Below are positions 8,461 through 17,112 of a stretch of 27,501 nt of DNA, one piece after another (position 1 is the first letter of the stretch; each line of letters opens with the position of its first letter). Source of the stretch: a virus (taxonomy: Duplodnaviria > Caudoviricetes); IMG/VR virus record IMGVR_UViG_3300049042_000403, positions 1-27,501 of that record. One strand, written 5' to 3'. The position numbers and the translations under genes are program-made. The notes under the pieces are model-generated. The model was given only the letters and a program-made list of their open reading frames with translations, had not been told where the DNA came from and did no database searches.

Positions 8461-8508
8461 GGCTTTTTAGGTGGTGGTGGTGGTTGTGGGTTTCGTTGTG
8501 GGGGTGAG

Positions 8509-8515
8509 TGTCAAA
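8509..8515 (-). promoter_or_regulatory. TTTGACA late motif overlapping the upstream stop codon
   Basis: TTTGACA-N14-GAAACCC then an AC-rich leader to ATG 8460. Confidence 0.6.
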
Positions 8516-8738
8516 AAGCGCCCGCATCGATGATGGGAATCATGAGCGCGTAGGCGTTCGCGGAGCTGCTCCAGCGGTAGGGCATTCCTTCGTCGAGAGC
8601 CATGTAGAGGCGGTCGGATTTTCCGACGCTCGGGAAGCTCGAGCGTGTTGGGTATTCGACCACGACGGCGGGGAGCGTGAGGTCGAAGCTCGAGAGGTCG
8701 AGGCTTTGGCTGAGGTTGCTCTCGGTAATTGTTGTCAT
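8511..8738 (-). CDS. Small fibre adaptor ending IDAGAF
   Basis: 75 aa; SSFPSVGKSDRLYMALDEG..YRW module seen in fibre proteins. Confidence 0.6.
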   Translation of the reverse strand: MTTITESNLSQSLDLSSFDLTLPAVVVEYPTRSSFPSVGKSDRLYMALDEGMPYRWSSSANAYALMIPIIDAGAF

Positions 8739-10417
8739 GCGTAGGCGAGAGTCTCCCGGTTAGACCACGAGCCGATGGCCGAGGCGGTGGCGAGCACGCG
8801 ACCGGCGGCGTTGAGGGTGGTGCGTTTAATTGTCCAGGTGCTGGCGGTCTCGGGCAGTGCTGGCGCGGCGGGGCGGTCGGCGTTGAGGAGTCGGCCGCTG
8901 TAGGTCGTGAGGCCGTCGAGGCTGGAGTCGAAGGCGAAAAGGTAGAGGGTCGGATCGATCGGCGGCTGGACGGTTCGCAGGCCGAGGGCGGTGGCGGCGA
9001 TCTGGGTTCCGGCGGCGGGCGCGGAATCGAAGGTGATGGTGCCCGAGGCTTCGCTCACGGTGTAGTCGCTCGTCGGCGCTTGCGTGACGCCGTTGAGGGC
9101 GACGAGGACAGACTCGGGGTCGTTGCTGACGAGGCCGTCGATGGGGAAGGTGACGCTGGTGCCGTCTCCGTAACGGATCGTGCTGTTGATCGAAAGGCCG
9201 GGGGCCGAAGCGATGATGTAGGACGAAAGGCCGGTGATCTCGCTGGCGGCGTGGGTGTGGACCGTGTCGGCTTTTGAGAGATCGACCCAGAGCTTGAAAG
9301 CTGGTGAGGCGGAGGGGTCGAACGCGGCCCAGTAGCTGGAGCCGGGGGGATAGCCGGGGTTCGGCTCGCCGATTCGAACATAAAGCTCGCCGTTGAAAGA
9401 TACGACTTGGCCTGGGTAGTAGTCGGCCCCGTTGTCGTAGGTGCCACGGTAGTCCACGGCCTCGGGCTGGAGGGCGGTGTCGGCCTTGGCGCCTTGGGCG
9501 GCGGTGGCTTTGCCATCGAGCGCGGTCTGAAGGCCGGCGACTTCCGCGATGGTGTGGTTGTGCGCGGAAGGCGCGAAGGTGGAGGGCTTGCCGGTCAGGC
9601 TGCTCCAATCGACGGGAGGCGAGACGGCGACGACGGCAGAGGCGAAGTCGGTGATGTCGGCCGCGGTGTGGGTGTGCGTGTCGAGTTGGGTCTGGAGCGT
9701 GCCGATGCTGGCGGCGGCCTCGGCGATGGAGTCTAGCGCGGACGGGTCCAGATTGGCGGTGAGGTGGTCGATCCTGGCATCCAGCGCCGTATCGGCGGAA
9801 GTAAGGGCGGCGAGGTCGGCAGGCAGGCCGGTGATCTCGCTCTTGAGGTGGGTGTGGGCCGTGGCCGGGAAGGTGACTGGCTTGCCGGTTACGGATTCCC
9901 AAGTGGGAGGCGGCGCGAGTTCCGCGATGGCCTGCGCGGTCCGCAGGGGCGTCATCCATTTCGCGTTGTCTGTGCCTGCCTCGGCTTCGGCTTGGGTGGC
10001 TTTGCCGTCGGGAACCGCTTGTGGCGTTCCCTCAAGGCCGGTGATGACGGCATTCTGGAGTTCCACCGCGAGGGTGGCCGTGCGGTGGGCGGTGCCTGGC
10101 GCGCCCCAGCGGATCTCGAGGAGGGCGGAGATGCTGGCGGGGTTGGAAGAAAACGCGGCCTCGACCGGCAATGTATATAGATCGAGTGTGGTCTGACCGG
10201 GGGCCGCGTAAGATAAAAAATTAGCGTCGGAGAATTTGGCTTTGAGGCCGACGGCGGCGGTCGTGCCGGCGGGTGGCGTGGCGACTGCGCCGTTTTCCAC
10301 ATAGATGACTTCGATGGGGAGGGTATCGCGGCGCTTGAGGATAAGGCGGTCGAGCGCGACATTGCTCGCGGCGGACTTGACGAAGCGCCGGTTTTTGAGG
10401 TCGAGGAAGAGTTTCAT
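8735..10417 (-). CDS. Tail fibre protein
   Basis: HxH repeats (AHTH, THTH, AHNH, VHTH), W.S.TGKP repeats, KATQAEAEAGTDNAKWMTPLR, GDG...F/LNGVTQ module. Confidence 0.85.
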   Translation of the reverse strand: MKLFLDLKNRRFVKSAASNVALDRLILKRRDTLPIEVIYVENGAVATPPAGTTAAVGLKAKFSDANFLSYAAPGQTTLDLYTLPVEAAFSSNPASISALLEIRWGAPGTAHRTATLAVELQNAVITGLEGTPQAVPDGKATQAEAEAGTDNAKWMTPLRTAQAIAELAPPPTWESVTGKPVTFPATAHTHLKSEITGLPADLAALTSADTALDARIDHLTANLDPSALDSIAEAAASIGTLQTQLDTHTHTAADITDFASAVVAVSPPVDWSSLTGKPSTFAPSAHNHTIAEVAGLQTALDGKATAAQGAKADTALQPEAVDYRGTYDNGADYYPGQVVSFNGELYVRIGEPNPGYPPGSSYWAAFDPSASPAFKLWVDLSKADTVHTHAASEITGLSSYIIASAPGLSINSTIRYGDGTSVTFPIDGLVSNDPESVLVALNGVTQAPTSDYTVSEASGTITFDSAPAAGTQIAATALGLRTVQPPIDPTLYLFAFDSSLDGLTTYSGRLLNADRPAAPALPETASTWTIKRTTLNAAGRVLATASAIGSWSNRETLAYA

Positions 10418-10437
10418 GCCGCTACGCGAGCGGCGGG

Positions 10438-10444
10438 TGTCAAA
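10438..10444 (-). promoter_or_regulatory. TTTGACA late motif upstream of the tail fibre gene
   Basis: 20 nt before ATG 10417. Confidence 0.6.
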
Positions 10445-10475
10445 TCAGCTTGCGGAGTGGGTCGGAGGATTTTTC

Positions 10476-10587
10476 ACCACGGAGGGCACGGAGCACACGG
10501 AGGCGAAGAAGAGAAGGAGGAAACGGGGAGGGGGATTTTTTAAGACTGCCTCTGCTGTATCTCCGTGCTCTCTGTGTTCTCCGTGGT
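10476..10587. repeat. REPIN-like palindrome 1: inverted arms of 3x(NNCACRGAG)
   Basis: Arms 10476-10502 and 10561-10587 with a 58-nt spacer. Confidence 0.85.
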
Positions 10588-10914
10588 GAGAACTGCTGAC
10601 CACTTGCCGAGCGGGCAGGCTTCGGTGGCCATGCGCAATTTTGCCCAGGTGGAACAACCGCACTTGCGGCAGCGGCCGGTGTTGGACAGCGCGGCGGCGT
10701 CCCATTCTGGGCACGCGCGGCAGGTCGCTTCGCGGTCGGCGAGGATTTCGGGCGGGGTGGTGGCGAAGCCGGAGCGAGCGAAGCGGTTCGCGGCGTGGCC
10801 GAAGCGAGTAATCATCTCGGCGCGGAGCTGAAGCATTTTAGCCGCTTTTTCCGAGGCATTTTTTTGATTAAATTTATTTCTGAAAAAGTCACTATTGCTT
10901 ACATCCATAAACAT
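10540..10914 (-). CDS. Small Cys-rich Zn-finger-like protein (start uncertain)
   Basis: CRAC...CRKCGC...CPLGKW; the C-terminus reads into the repeat arm. Confidence 0.7.
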   Translation of the reverse strand: MFMDVSNSDFFRNKFNQKNASEKAAKMLQLRAEMITRFGHAANRFARSGFATTPPEILADREATCRACPEWDAAALSNTGRCRKCGCSTWAKLRMATEACPLGKWSAVLTTENTESTEIQQRQS

Positions 10915-11416
10915 TAAACATAACTTGAAATGATCCGCCGCACATTTCGATTCCGTTGTCTGTCCACTTCATCGCATAGACTGGGATTTGTGTATTAAAG
11001 TCCAGAGACTTTTGGTTTGCATTTGGACAACGCGAGTCTGCCCCTTGCGAAAGAGTAAATACCTTATCTTGCGGCCCTTCTCCTCCCCATGATTCCGCTG
11101 GCTGGGCTGTCCACATGCCGCCGTAATCAATTTGGCTACCGGCGGGAGCTGTTTTCCTCCATACCCAATTAACGGCGGCTGACCACGCTTCCGCTTTATA
11201 GGAGATGATTCCGCCGCTACCAATTTGGTAATAAGCTTGTGCGGACCAATAATCAATTTGTGGGCCAAAAATGGGATGAATTGAACCGTCACTACAATAA
11301 TACCCGCCAGCAAGATAATAACCTGCAGGTTCGCAACAATCGCACTCCACCGCGCGGGTGGTGCCGCCGTCGGTTTTGATCTTGATGCTGCCGGAGGATG
11401 TGCGGCCGAGGGTCAT
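10892..11416 (-). CDS. Tail-tip-region protein with CDCC motif and variable body
   Basis: 174 aa ORF; GC-rich 5' end, AT-rich remainder. Confidence 0.65.
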   Translation of the reverse strand: MTLGRTSSGSIKIKTDGGTTRAVECDCCEPAGYYLAGGYYCSDGSIHPIFGPQIDYWSAQAYYQIGSGGIISYKAEAWSAAVNWVWRKTAPAGSQIDYGGMWTAQPAESWGGEGPQDKVFTLSQGADSRCPNANQKSLDFNTQIPVYAMKWTDNGIEMCGGSFQVMFNVYGCKQ

Positions 11417-11431
11417 GGGAGAAGCGGTTTA

Positions 11432-11536
11432 ACCACAGAGGACACGGAGCACACGGAGAGGAAAGCAGAGGGCGGGTTGGGAATCCTTTTTAACATGTCT
11501 CTTCTTGGCCTCCGTGCTCTCCGTGTTCTCCGTGGT
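11432..11536. repeat. REPIN-like palindrome 2
   Basis: Arms 11432-11458 and 11510-11536 with a 51-nt spacer. Confidence 0.85.
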
Positions 11537-11547
11537 AAAAATCTGCA

Positions 11548-11823
11548 TTAGCATTCCTCCGTGGCGATCCATTGCAGTTGACCGCCTTCGGCGCCTAAAA
11601 CAAAAACTCCACCGCTTGGCACGGCGGGAATTTTGAGCTTTCGGGCCATGTGCCCACCTGCGCCGGTCGTCGAGGTGACTAGGCTTTCGTCAATTTGCAG
11701 CGTTGCAAATACAAAGTTCTCATCCAAATCCTTACCTTTTAATTGGTATGGATACCCGCCAGCTTTTGCAGAATTAGCTTGCTTCGCTAGAGCCTCAAAT
11801 GAGATGGGAGGGTTTTTACTCAT
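11548..11823 (-). CDS. Small tail-tip-region protein (91 aa)
   Basis: Overlaps the upstream stop; ends LQWIATEEC. Confidence 0.65.
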   Translation of the reverse strand: MSKNPPISFEALAKQANSAKAGGYPYQLKGKDLDENFVFATLQIDESLVTSTTGAGGHMARKLKIPAVPSGGVFVLGAEGGQLQWIATEEC

Positions 11824-12688
11824 CTAAAATTTCATAAAACGAGCCGAAATTGTATAAAATATTTGCTAACCCAGAGAAGTCACTTCCCCCTGGGTTTGCG
11901 TAAAAGTAAGTTTGCTCTGGCGAAGTTACATATTCGGTCTCGATATATTTACCAAAATTATTTTGGTTAAACTGGATAATATTACTATTTAAATTTGGTT
12001 CAACTCTTGTATCAAAATTTCCAGTGAAAGAATTTCTGGATATAAAACCAGGGAAAAAATATTCAAATTTTTTTGCCTGCGAGAGATAGGAAGTATCAAC
12101 CACCGTGCCGCCATTATTTTGTGCATATTCGTTTGCTTCTTCCTCGTTTTCAAAAATCTGATTGCCGACATTAAATTGCGGAACTATGACTTTTAAATTC
12201 CCCATGTCCGTGTCGTAAAAAACTTCTAGTGGTAGAGTTGTATTGACCGTCTCGGTATCCGCCACCACTTGCTTTACAGTGGTTTGCGTGTGGAAAATAG
12301 GCCTCGTTGCCACATAGTAACGAGGGAATGTGTGCGATGGTGGCGTGGTGACCGGCTTTAATTCGTAGTGGACTGCGCAGACCCCGACCGCGACGCCGGA
12401 AACAATTCGCCGAATGTAGCTTTTTTGGTCTGTCCAGCGAGAATACGCCGAGACGCGAAAGTCCAAAAGCCCTGGAGTCCCGCTCGACGCCACCTCCGGG
12501 AAAGGATAAACATAAAAAGGCGACTGGGCACCACTGCCTGCGGGGATGCCTATGGACTCGCCAGGGGCAAAGATGTCACTCGCCGATGTCGCTGAATAGT
12601 TCCCTGTATAAAGCGCGAGGCCCGAATCAAAAAGCTGGATTGCGTAATCTTTTAAAATTGGGCCTTGGTTTGCTGTGTAAGTAGGCAT
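11816..12688 (-). CDS. Putative distal tail/tail-tip protein
   Basis: Immediately downstream of tape measure; beta/aromatic-rich; AT-rich DNA. Confidence 0.6.
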   Translation of the reverse strand: MPTYTANQGPILKDYAIQLFDSGLALYTGNYSATSASDIFAPGESIGIPAGSGAQSPFYVYPFPEVASSGTPGLLDFRVSAYSRWTDQKSYIRRIVSGVAVGVCAVHYELKPVTTPPSHTFPRYYVATRPIFHTQTTVKQVVADTETVNTTLPLEVFYDTDMGNLKVIVPQFNVGNQIFENEEEANEYAQNNGGTVVDTSYLSQAKKFEYFFPGFISRNSFTGNFDTRVEPNLNSNIIQFNQNNFGKYIETEYVTSPEQTYFYANPGGSDFSGLANILYNFGSFYEILDE

Positions 12689-12692
12689 TTTT

Positions 12693-15185
12693 TTAAACCA
12701 GTGCGGGGACGGGCAGTTTGTTGGAGAGCGTGGTCATCGTGGTCTTGATTTCGCCGAGCAAGCCTTTGAGATCACCGAGGATTTTCGTGCCTTCGCCGGT
12801 CGTGATGGCGAGGTCGATGTTTTCCTTGAGCTTGGATTTTATGCCTTCAATGGATTTCGTGGCGTCGAGGTTGAGGGTTTGCGGGGTGGCGCCGAGGTCT
12901 TTGAGTTTGGTCTGGATGCCATCAAGTGCGGTCTTGCCGCCTTTTTCGTCGATGGGCTGAATGACGGGGAGTTTGCCACGCTGGCTGGAAATGTAGTCGA
13001 GGATCTGATTCATCTGCTCGGTGCCGGTGGATCCGAGGTTTTTGATGCCCAGCTCGCGGGCGATGTCTGGGAAGGATTTGTTTTTGAGATCCACGCCGAT
13101 GTATTCGCCGAAGGCGGTGATTTCCTTGCGGGCGTCGGCGGTCTGCTCTTTGAGGCTTTTCACAGGCTTGGAGGGATCCACGCCTTTGATGTAGTCGAGC
13201 CAGGTGGCGAAGGACTTGGCGGCCTCGGCGGCTTTGCTGGCCTCGGCTTTTGCCGTGCTGACCGTGGAGGTGTTGACATTCACGCTGGCGGCGGCGTTTT
13301 TGGCGTTGACCATTTGCTGGGCGAAAGCGGCGGCTTCTTTTTCGCCCATGCCGGAGTCGATGGCTTTTTGAATCTCGGCATTAAGGAGCTTTTGGTTTTC
13401 GAGGGTCTTGACGAGTTCGGTGTCTCCGGTGGCTTTGGCTTGGTTGATCGCAAGCTCGAAATTCAAGGCTTCGCTGAGTTTGTCTTTGCGCTCGGTTTCT
13501 TTGGCCGTCAGGGCGTCTTGCTTGGCTTGGATCTCGGCGAGCTTCTCGGCGTGCTTGCCGTAGGTGGTATCGATGAGCGAGGCGAGGTCTTTGCTGGTGG
13601 TAAGTTGCTCATTGACTCCTCCAAAGCCTGCAGTTTGCTCCTCGATTTTTCCGGTCATGGAATCGGCGAGGTTGTAGCTTTCGGAGAGGAGATTTTTTCC
13701 GCCGAGGATTTGCTCGTTTACTCCGCCCCACGAGCCGCTGATTTCCTCAAGTTTCGGAGCGAAATCGGAGGTGAGGGAAAAAGCGCTGGCGATGTTTTGG
13801 CCTGTGGCCTGCGCCGAGGTGCCAAGGGCGTCGACTTTTCCGGTGGCGGTGTCGGATGCGGTGCCGACATTTTCCAAGCCGGTGGTGGCTGTCTGCGCGG
13901 CGGTGCCGGTGCCTGCGATCGATGCGGCGGCGGTGTCTTGAGCATCGGCGGCGGCGCGGCCTTTCTGCTCAAGCATCGTCCAAAGATCATCCATCGGAGA
14001 GATGAAATTGATCGCCTTTTGCATGTAGTAATTGAACCCATCAAGGCTCTCCGCAACGGCGTTCACGGCTTGGCCAAAAGTGGAGGTGTTTGATGGCGCT
14101 GTCGTGAGAAGGTCGATGAGATCTTTTAGCGCTTCGGAAGCACCGATGGTGACATAGCTCAGCTTCTCCAAGCGAGGGGAAAGGAACTCGCCGACATCTT
14201 GGCCAAGTCCTGCCGCATCGACTTGCTCCATCGATTTGCCCAAATCCTCAAGCGCCGGGATCGTCTCGCTCAAAACTCCGGCGGCGAAGGCAGCCATCTT
14301 GCCTTTGACGGCATCGATGGTCTCGGCGGCAGCGTCGAAGGTGGCGGCGTTTTCATCCATGACCTGCTCGAGGGAGCCGACTTTGGCGCGGGCGTCTTCG
14401 AGGTTGGTGCTGAAATCGGAGAAAAGCGGAAGGAGCTTGCCACCCAGCTTGTCGCCGAAAACCTCGGAGGCGGCAGCGGCTCGCGCAGTGGGGTCTTCGA
14501 TGCCCGCGATGCGGTCGGCGAAGATTTTCATTTGCTCGGTCGGCGTCTTGCCCGCAAGTTCGCTCATCGAGACGCCGAGGCTTTGCATGGCCGCGCGCTG
14601 CTTGTCGCCACCATTGGCGGCATCCTGCATGAAGTTCTGGAGCTTATTGATCGCGGTGCCGACCGTGCTGGCTTCGAGGCCGGAGTTTTTGAAGGCGGTC
14701 TCGAGCACGAGGAGCTTGCCGGCCGTCTCGCCGGTGCGGCTGGAGAGTTCGTTTAGGCGGCCGCCGAGGTCGAGGGCGTCGGAGAAGCCTTGAACGACGG
14801 ATTGAGCCGCGCTGAATGCAAGCTCCACGATTTTTTGAAATCCTTGGGCGGCTAGATTGCCGACGGTGAATGCTCCGGCGATTTTCTTGAACTCGGCATC
14901 GAAGATTCCGCCAACCGATTGGGCGCTTGATCCGGCGGTGTCGATGTCATCACCGAGCTTTTTGATTTTCGGGGAGGATTCGGCAGAGGCGTCACCCATG
15001 GCCTTGAGGCGTTTCTCCATGTTCTCGACTTGGCCGATGCGCCGCATCGTTTGCTCCAGTTCTTCCATGGAAAGCTCGCCGCTCTTGACCTTCCCCTGGA
15101 GGTTGCCCATCTCGGTCTGGATTTGCTGGAGGGCTTTTTCCAGCCCGACATCTGTTGCACCGAATTCTACTGAGACATCTGCCAT
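12693..15185 (-). CDS. Tape measure protein
   Basis: 830 aa, Ala-rich helical; SSRTGETAGKL, RAAAASEVFG..GKLLPLF motifs; follows the chaperone genes. Confidence 0.9.
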   Translation of the reverse strand: MADVSVEFGATDVGLEKALQQIQTEMGNLQGKVKSGELSMEELEQTMRRIGQVENMEKRLKAMGDASAESSPKIKKLGDDIDTAGSSAQSVGGIFDAEFKKIAGAFTVGNLAAQGFQKIVELAFSAAQSVVQGFSDALDLGGRLNELSSRTGETAGKLLVLETAFKNSGLEASTVGTAINKLQNFMQDAANGGDKQRAAMQSLGVSMSELAGKTPTEQMKIFADRIAGIEDPTARAAAASEVFGDKLGGKLLPLFSDFSTNLEDARAKVGSLEQVMDENAATFDAAAETIDAVKGKMAAFAAGVLSETIPALEDLGKSMEQVDAAGLGQDVGEFLSPRLEKLSYVTIGASEALKDLIDLLTTAPSNTSTFGQAVNAVAESLDGFNYYMQKAINFISPMDDLWTMLEQKGRAAADAQDTAAASIAGTGTAAQTATTGLENVGTASDTATGKVDALGTSAQATGQNIASAFSLTSDFAPKLEEISGSWGGVNEQILGGKNLLSESYNLADSMTGKIEEQTAGFGGVNEQLTTSKDLASLIDTTYGKHAEKLAEIQAKQDALTAKETERKDKLSEALNFELAINQAKATGDTELVKTLENQKLLNAEIQKAIDSGMGEKEAAAFAQQMVNAKNAAASVNVNTSTVSTAKAEASKAAEAAKSFATWLDYIKGVDPSKPVKSLKEQTADARKEITAFGEYIGVDLKNKSFPDIARELGIKNLGSTGTEQMNQILDYISSQRGKLPVIQPIDEKGGKTALDGIQTKLKDLGATPQTLNLDATKSIEGIKSKLKENIDLAITTGEGTKILGDLKGLLGEIKTTMTTLSNKLPVPALV

Positions 15186-15189
15186 AGCT

Positions 15190-16023
15190 TTACGCGGGTT
15201 TCAGCCGCTTTTTGAGGATGGTCTCCATTTGTTTTTTCATTTTCTCGGCAACGATGTTCAGCGCCATGAGTTGCTCGCTGGGGCGAATGACTTTGTCGGC
15301 CCACGGAATGGAATTGGTGAGCACCACGGAGGGGCGTTTGTTTGAGGTCTTAAACATCGGGCGAGCCGAGGTGCCGAGGGAGACGACATTGTCGGATTTA
15401 TCCACCACGGTGCCGAGGCCGCGCGTGTGCCGGGTGACCCATGGTTTGATGCCGCGCGACATGCTGCCCTTAACGACTTTTTTCAAACCCTCGGCGCACT
15501 CGCTCCATCCGCTCTTGCTAATGCCTGCGGCCTTCTGGCGGGTGGCGATATAGTTACTCAATGCAGAGGAATCAGTAGCTAGATAAAATTTATTTGGGCG
15601 CTTGTAGGTGCGGCCGGTCTTGATGTTCCGGTTCACTTCGTGGGTGTCGCGCATGTCGTCGCGGTTGATTAGCGTAAAGGCCTCCGCCCCCATGCCGACC
15701 TTGGCTAAAGTTTCGGCAAGGACGCTCCATTTCCCGGCAAAATAGTTTTTTTTCAGTGAGGCTTTCAGCCGCTCGTTGGTGGTTCGGCCGAGGAATTTCA
15801 AAAAATAAATTGGCGGCTTGATGATGTGGGAGATGTCTTTGCGGATGCGCTCCTTTTGCTGCTGCTCGCTCTCGTGGCCGAATGCCTGCGTGCGCCTCGC
15901 CAACTCGACGCAGAGGAGGCGGGCATTGGTATGCACGGCCTCGGGCAGCGTCTTTTCCAGAATCGTGGCGTAATCATACATGATTCGCTCGAAGCGGAGG
16001 TTGGTGAGTTTGAACTTTGGCAT
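15190..16023 (-). CDS. Basic neck/tail-completion-like protein
   Basis: 277 aa, Lys/Arg-rich; LARRT, G.SKSGW, TNSIPWA reminiscent of the HK97 gp10-like family. Confidence 0.5.
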   Translation of the reverse strand: MPKFKLTNLRFERIMYDYATILEKTLPEAVHTNARLLCVELARRTQAFGHESEQQQKERIRKDISHIIKPPIYFLKFLGRTTNERLKASLKKNYFAGKWSVLAETLAKVGMGAEAFTLINRDDMRDTHEVNRNIKTGRTYKRPNKFYLATDSSALSNYIATRQKAAGISKSGWSECAEGLKKVVKGSMSRGIKPWVTRHTRGLGTVVDKSDNVVSLGTSARPMFKTSNKRPSVVLTNSIPWADKVIRPSEQLMALNIVAEKMKKQMETILKKRLKPA

Positions 16024-16253
16024 CAGGTGATTTTTGCGAATGCGGCGTCTATGGCAGCGAGGGAGTCAAAATCCACCTTGCGCGAGTTGCGCGTCCAGAT
16101 GCGGCGGCGGCCGTGGGCGGCGTCGTCGGCATGGATGATTTGCAGCCCTGCGGCGAAAGGGAGGTCTTCAAGGATTTCGCGGAAGCCCCAGCCGGTGGTC
16201 TTAGCGATGCGGTAAACATAGCCTGCGAGCCAGCCGGGGCCGTTTAGTTTCCC
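16023..16253 (-). CDS. Tail assembly chaperone extension (gpT-like, -1 frame)
   Basis: -1 frame open from the slippery site: KLNGPGWLAGYVYRIAKTTGWGFREILEDLP... Confidence 0.75.
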   Translation of the reverse strand, partial: GKLNGPGWLAGYVYRIAKTTGWGFREILEDLPFAAGLQIIHADDAAHGRRRIWTRNSRKVDFDSLAAIDAAFAKIT

Positions 16254-16633
16254 GAGGCGGACTTTCCGCCTTGGGTCTCGCTGAAGCTGGCGAAGTATTC
16301 GTTGGTCCTCTCGAGGCAGAGCTTTTGGAGTTCGGCGATCTCGGAGGCGGATGGGTTTTGTTTTTCCATCCAATCATCCACGGCGGCGACGAAGCGGGCG
16401 TGGTCGTTCACGGTTGAGCGCACGGAGGATTTGGGCGCGGAGTGGATGAAGGCGAAGCCGCCGGAGCGCCAGAGGATATCCATCTCGGGGCTGAGGATTT
16501 TGTTGCGCTGCATCCAGGAGATTTCGAGCGCGGCGGTGGGGCGCATTTCCCAGCGGGAGAGTTTTTGCGGGCCGCTGGTCATGGCTTGCTCGCGCAGGGC
16601 TTCGTCGTCGGTGAGGAGGTCGGTGTCTGTCAT
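16244..16633 (-). CDS. Tail assembly chaperone (gpG-like, 129 aa)
   Basis: Start MTDTDLL after an A-rich leader; ends TCG GGA AAC TAA. Confidence 0.75.
   Translation of the reverse strand: MTDTDLLTDDEALREQAMTSGPQKLSRWEMRPTAALEISWMQRNKILSPEMDILWRSGGFAFIHSAPKSSVRSTVNDHARFVAAVDDWMEKQNPSASEIAELQKLCLERTNEYFASFSETQGGKSASGN
16247..16253 (-). promoter_or_regulatory. -1 ribosomal frameshift slippery heptamer G GGA AAC
   Basis: Correctly phased X XXY YYZ just before the stop; compare lambda GGGAAAG. Confidence 0.8.
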
Positions 16634-16658
16634 TTTAGTGTTTTGGTTTTTTTGTTTC

Positions 16659-17051
16659 TTAGAGCAGCGAGCCGAATTTTTTTCGGGTTTCCTCGCTGGC
16701 GTTTTCGGAAAGGTAGAGGGTCTTGCCGTTGCGTTTGATCTCGACCAGTCGCGGCGTTTTTTTGTGGAGGTCGATGGCGGTCTCGCGGTTCGCAAAGGCG
16801 GCGCGGATGTAGTTGACCGGGTGCTCTGGGTCGCGGGCTTCCAGTTCGGCGTGGCCTTTAGTCATCCAATAAATGACCTGCGAGGCGCGCTCGCCTTTTG
16901 GACCGTGTTCCTTGAACCAGTAGGAGGAGGTTTCCTTGCCGTCCTCGCGGTGGATGCGGACGCAGGGGGAGCCTTCTTTGAACTCGAAGCCGAGGGACAT
17001 CAGGGCAGCGGCGGCCTTGATGTTGGCGGTGTAGGTGTAGGTTTCTTTCAT
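16659..17051 (-). CDS. Hypothetical protein (130 aa)
   Basis: Clean ORF between tube and chaperone genes. Confidence 0.7.
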   Translation of the reverse strand: MKETYTYTANIKAAAALMSLGFEFKEGSPCVRIHREDGKETSSYWFKEHGPKGERASQVIYWMTKGHAELEARDPEHPVNYIRAAFANRETAIDLHKKTPRLVEIKRNGKTLYLSENASEETRKKFGSLL

Positions 17052-17066
17052 CGGGTTTAATGTTTC

Positions 17067-17098
17067 AAAAAATCGGCTCCCTTTAGCCGGGGAGCCGG
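17067..17098 (-). terminator. Intrinsic terminator after the tail tube genes
   Basis: CGGCTCCC..GGGAGCCG followed by ATTTTTT. Confidence 0.75.
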
Positions 17099-17112
17099 TC
17101 GGCGGGGTGGGG

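Noticed and set aside
10476-11536. CRISPR array
   Set aside because: Arms are inverted pairs rather than direct repeats with regular unique spacers, and there are no cas genes
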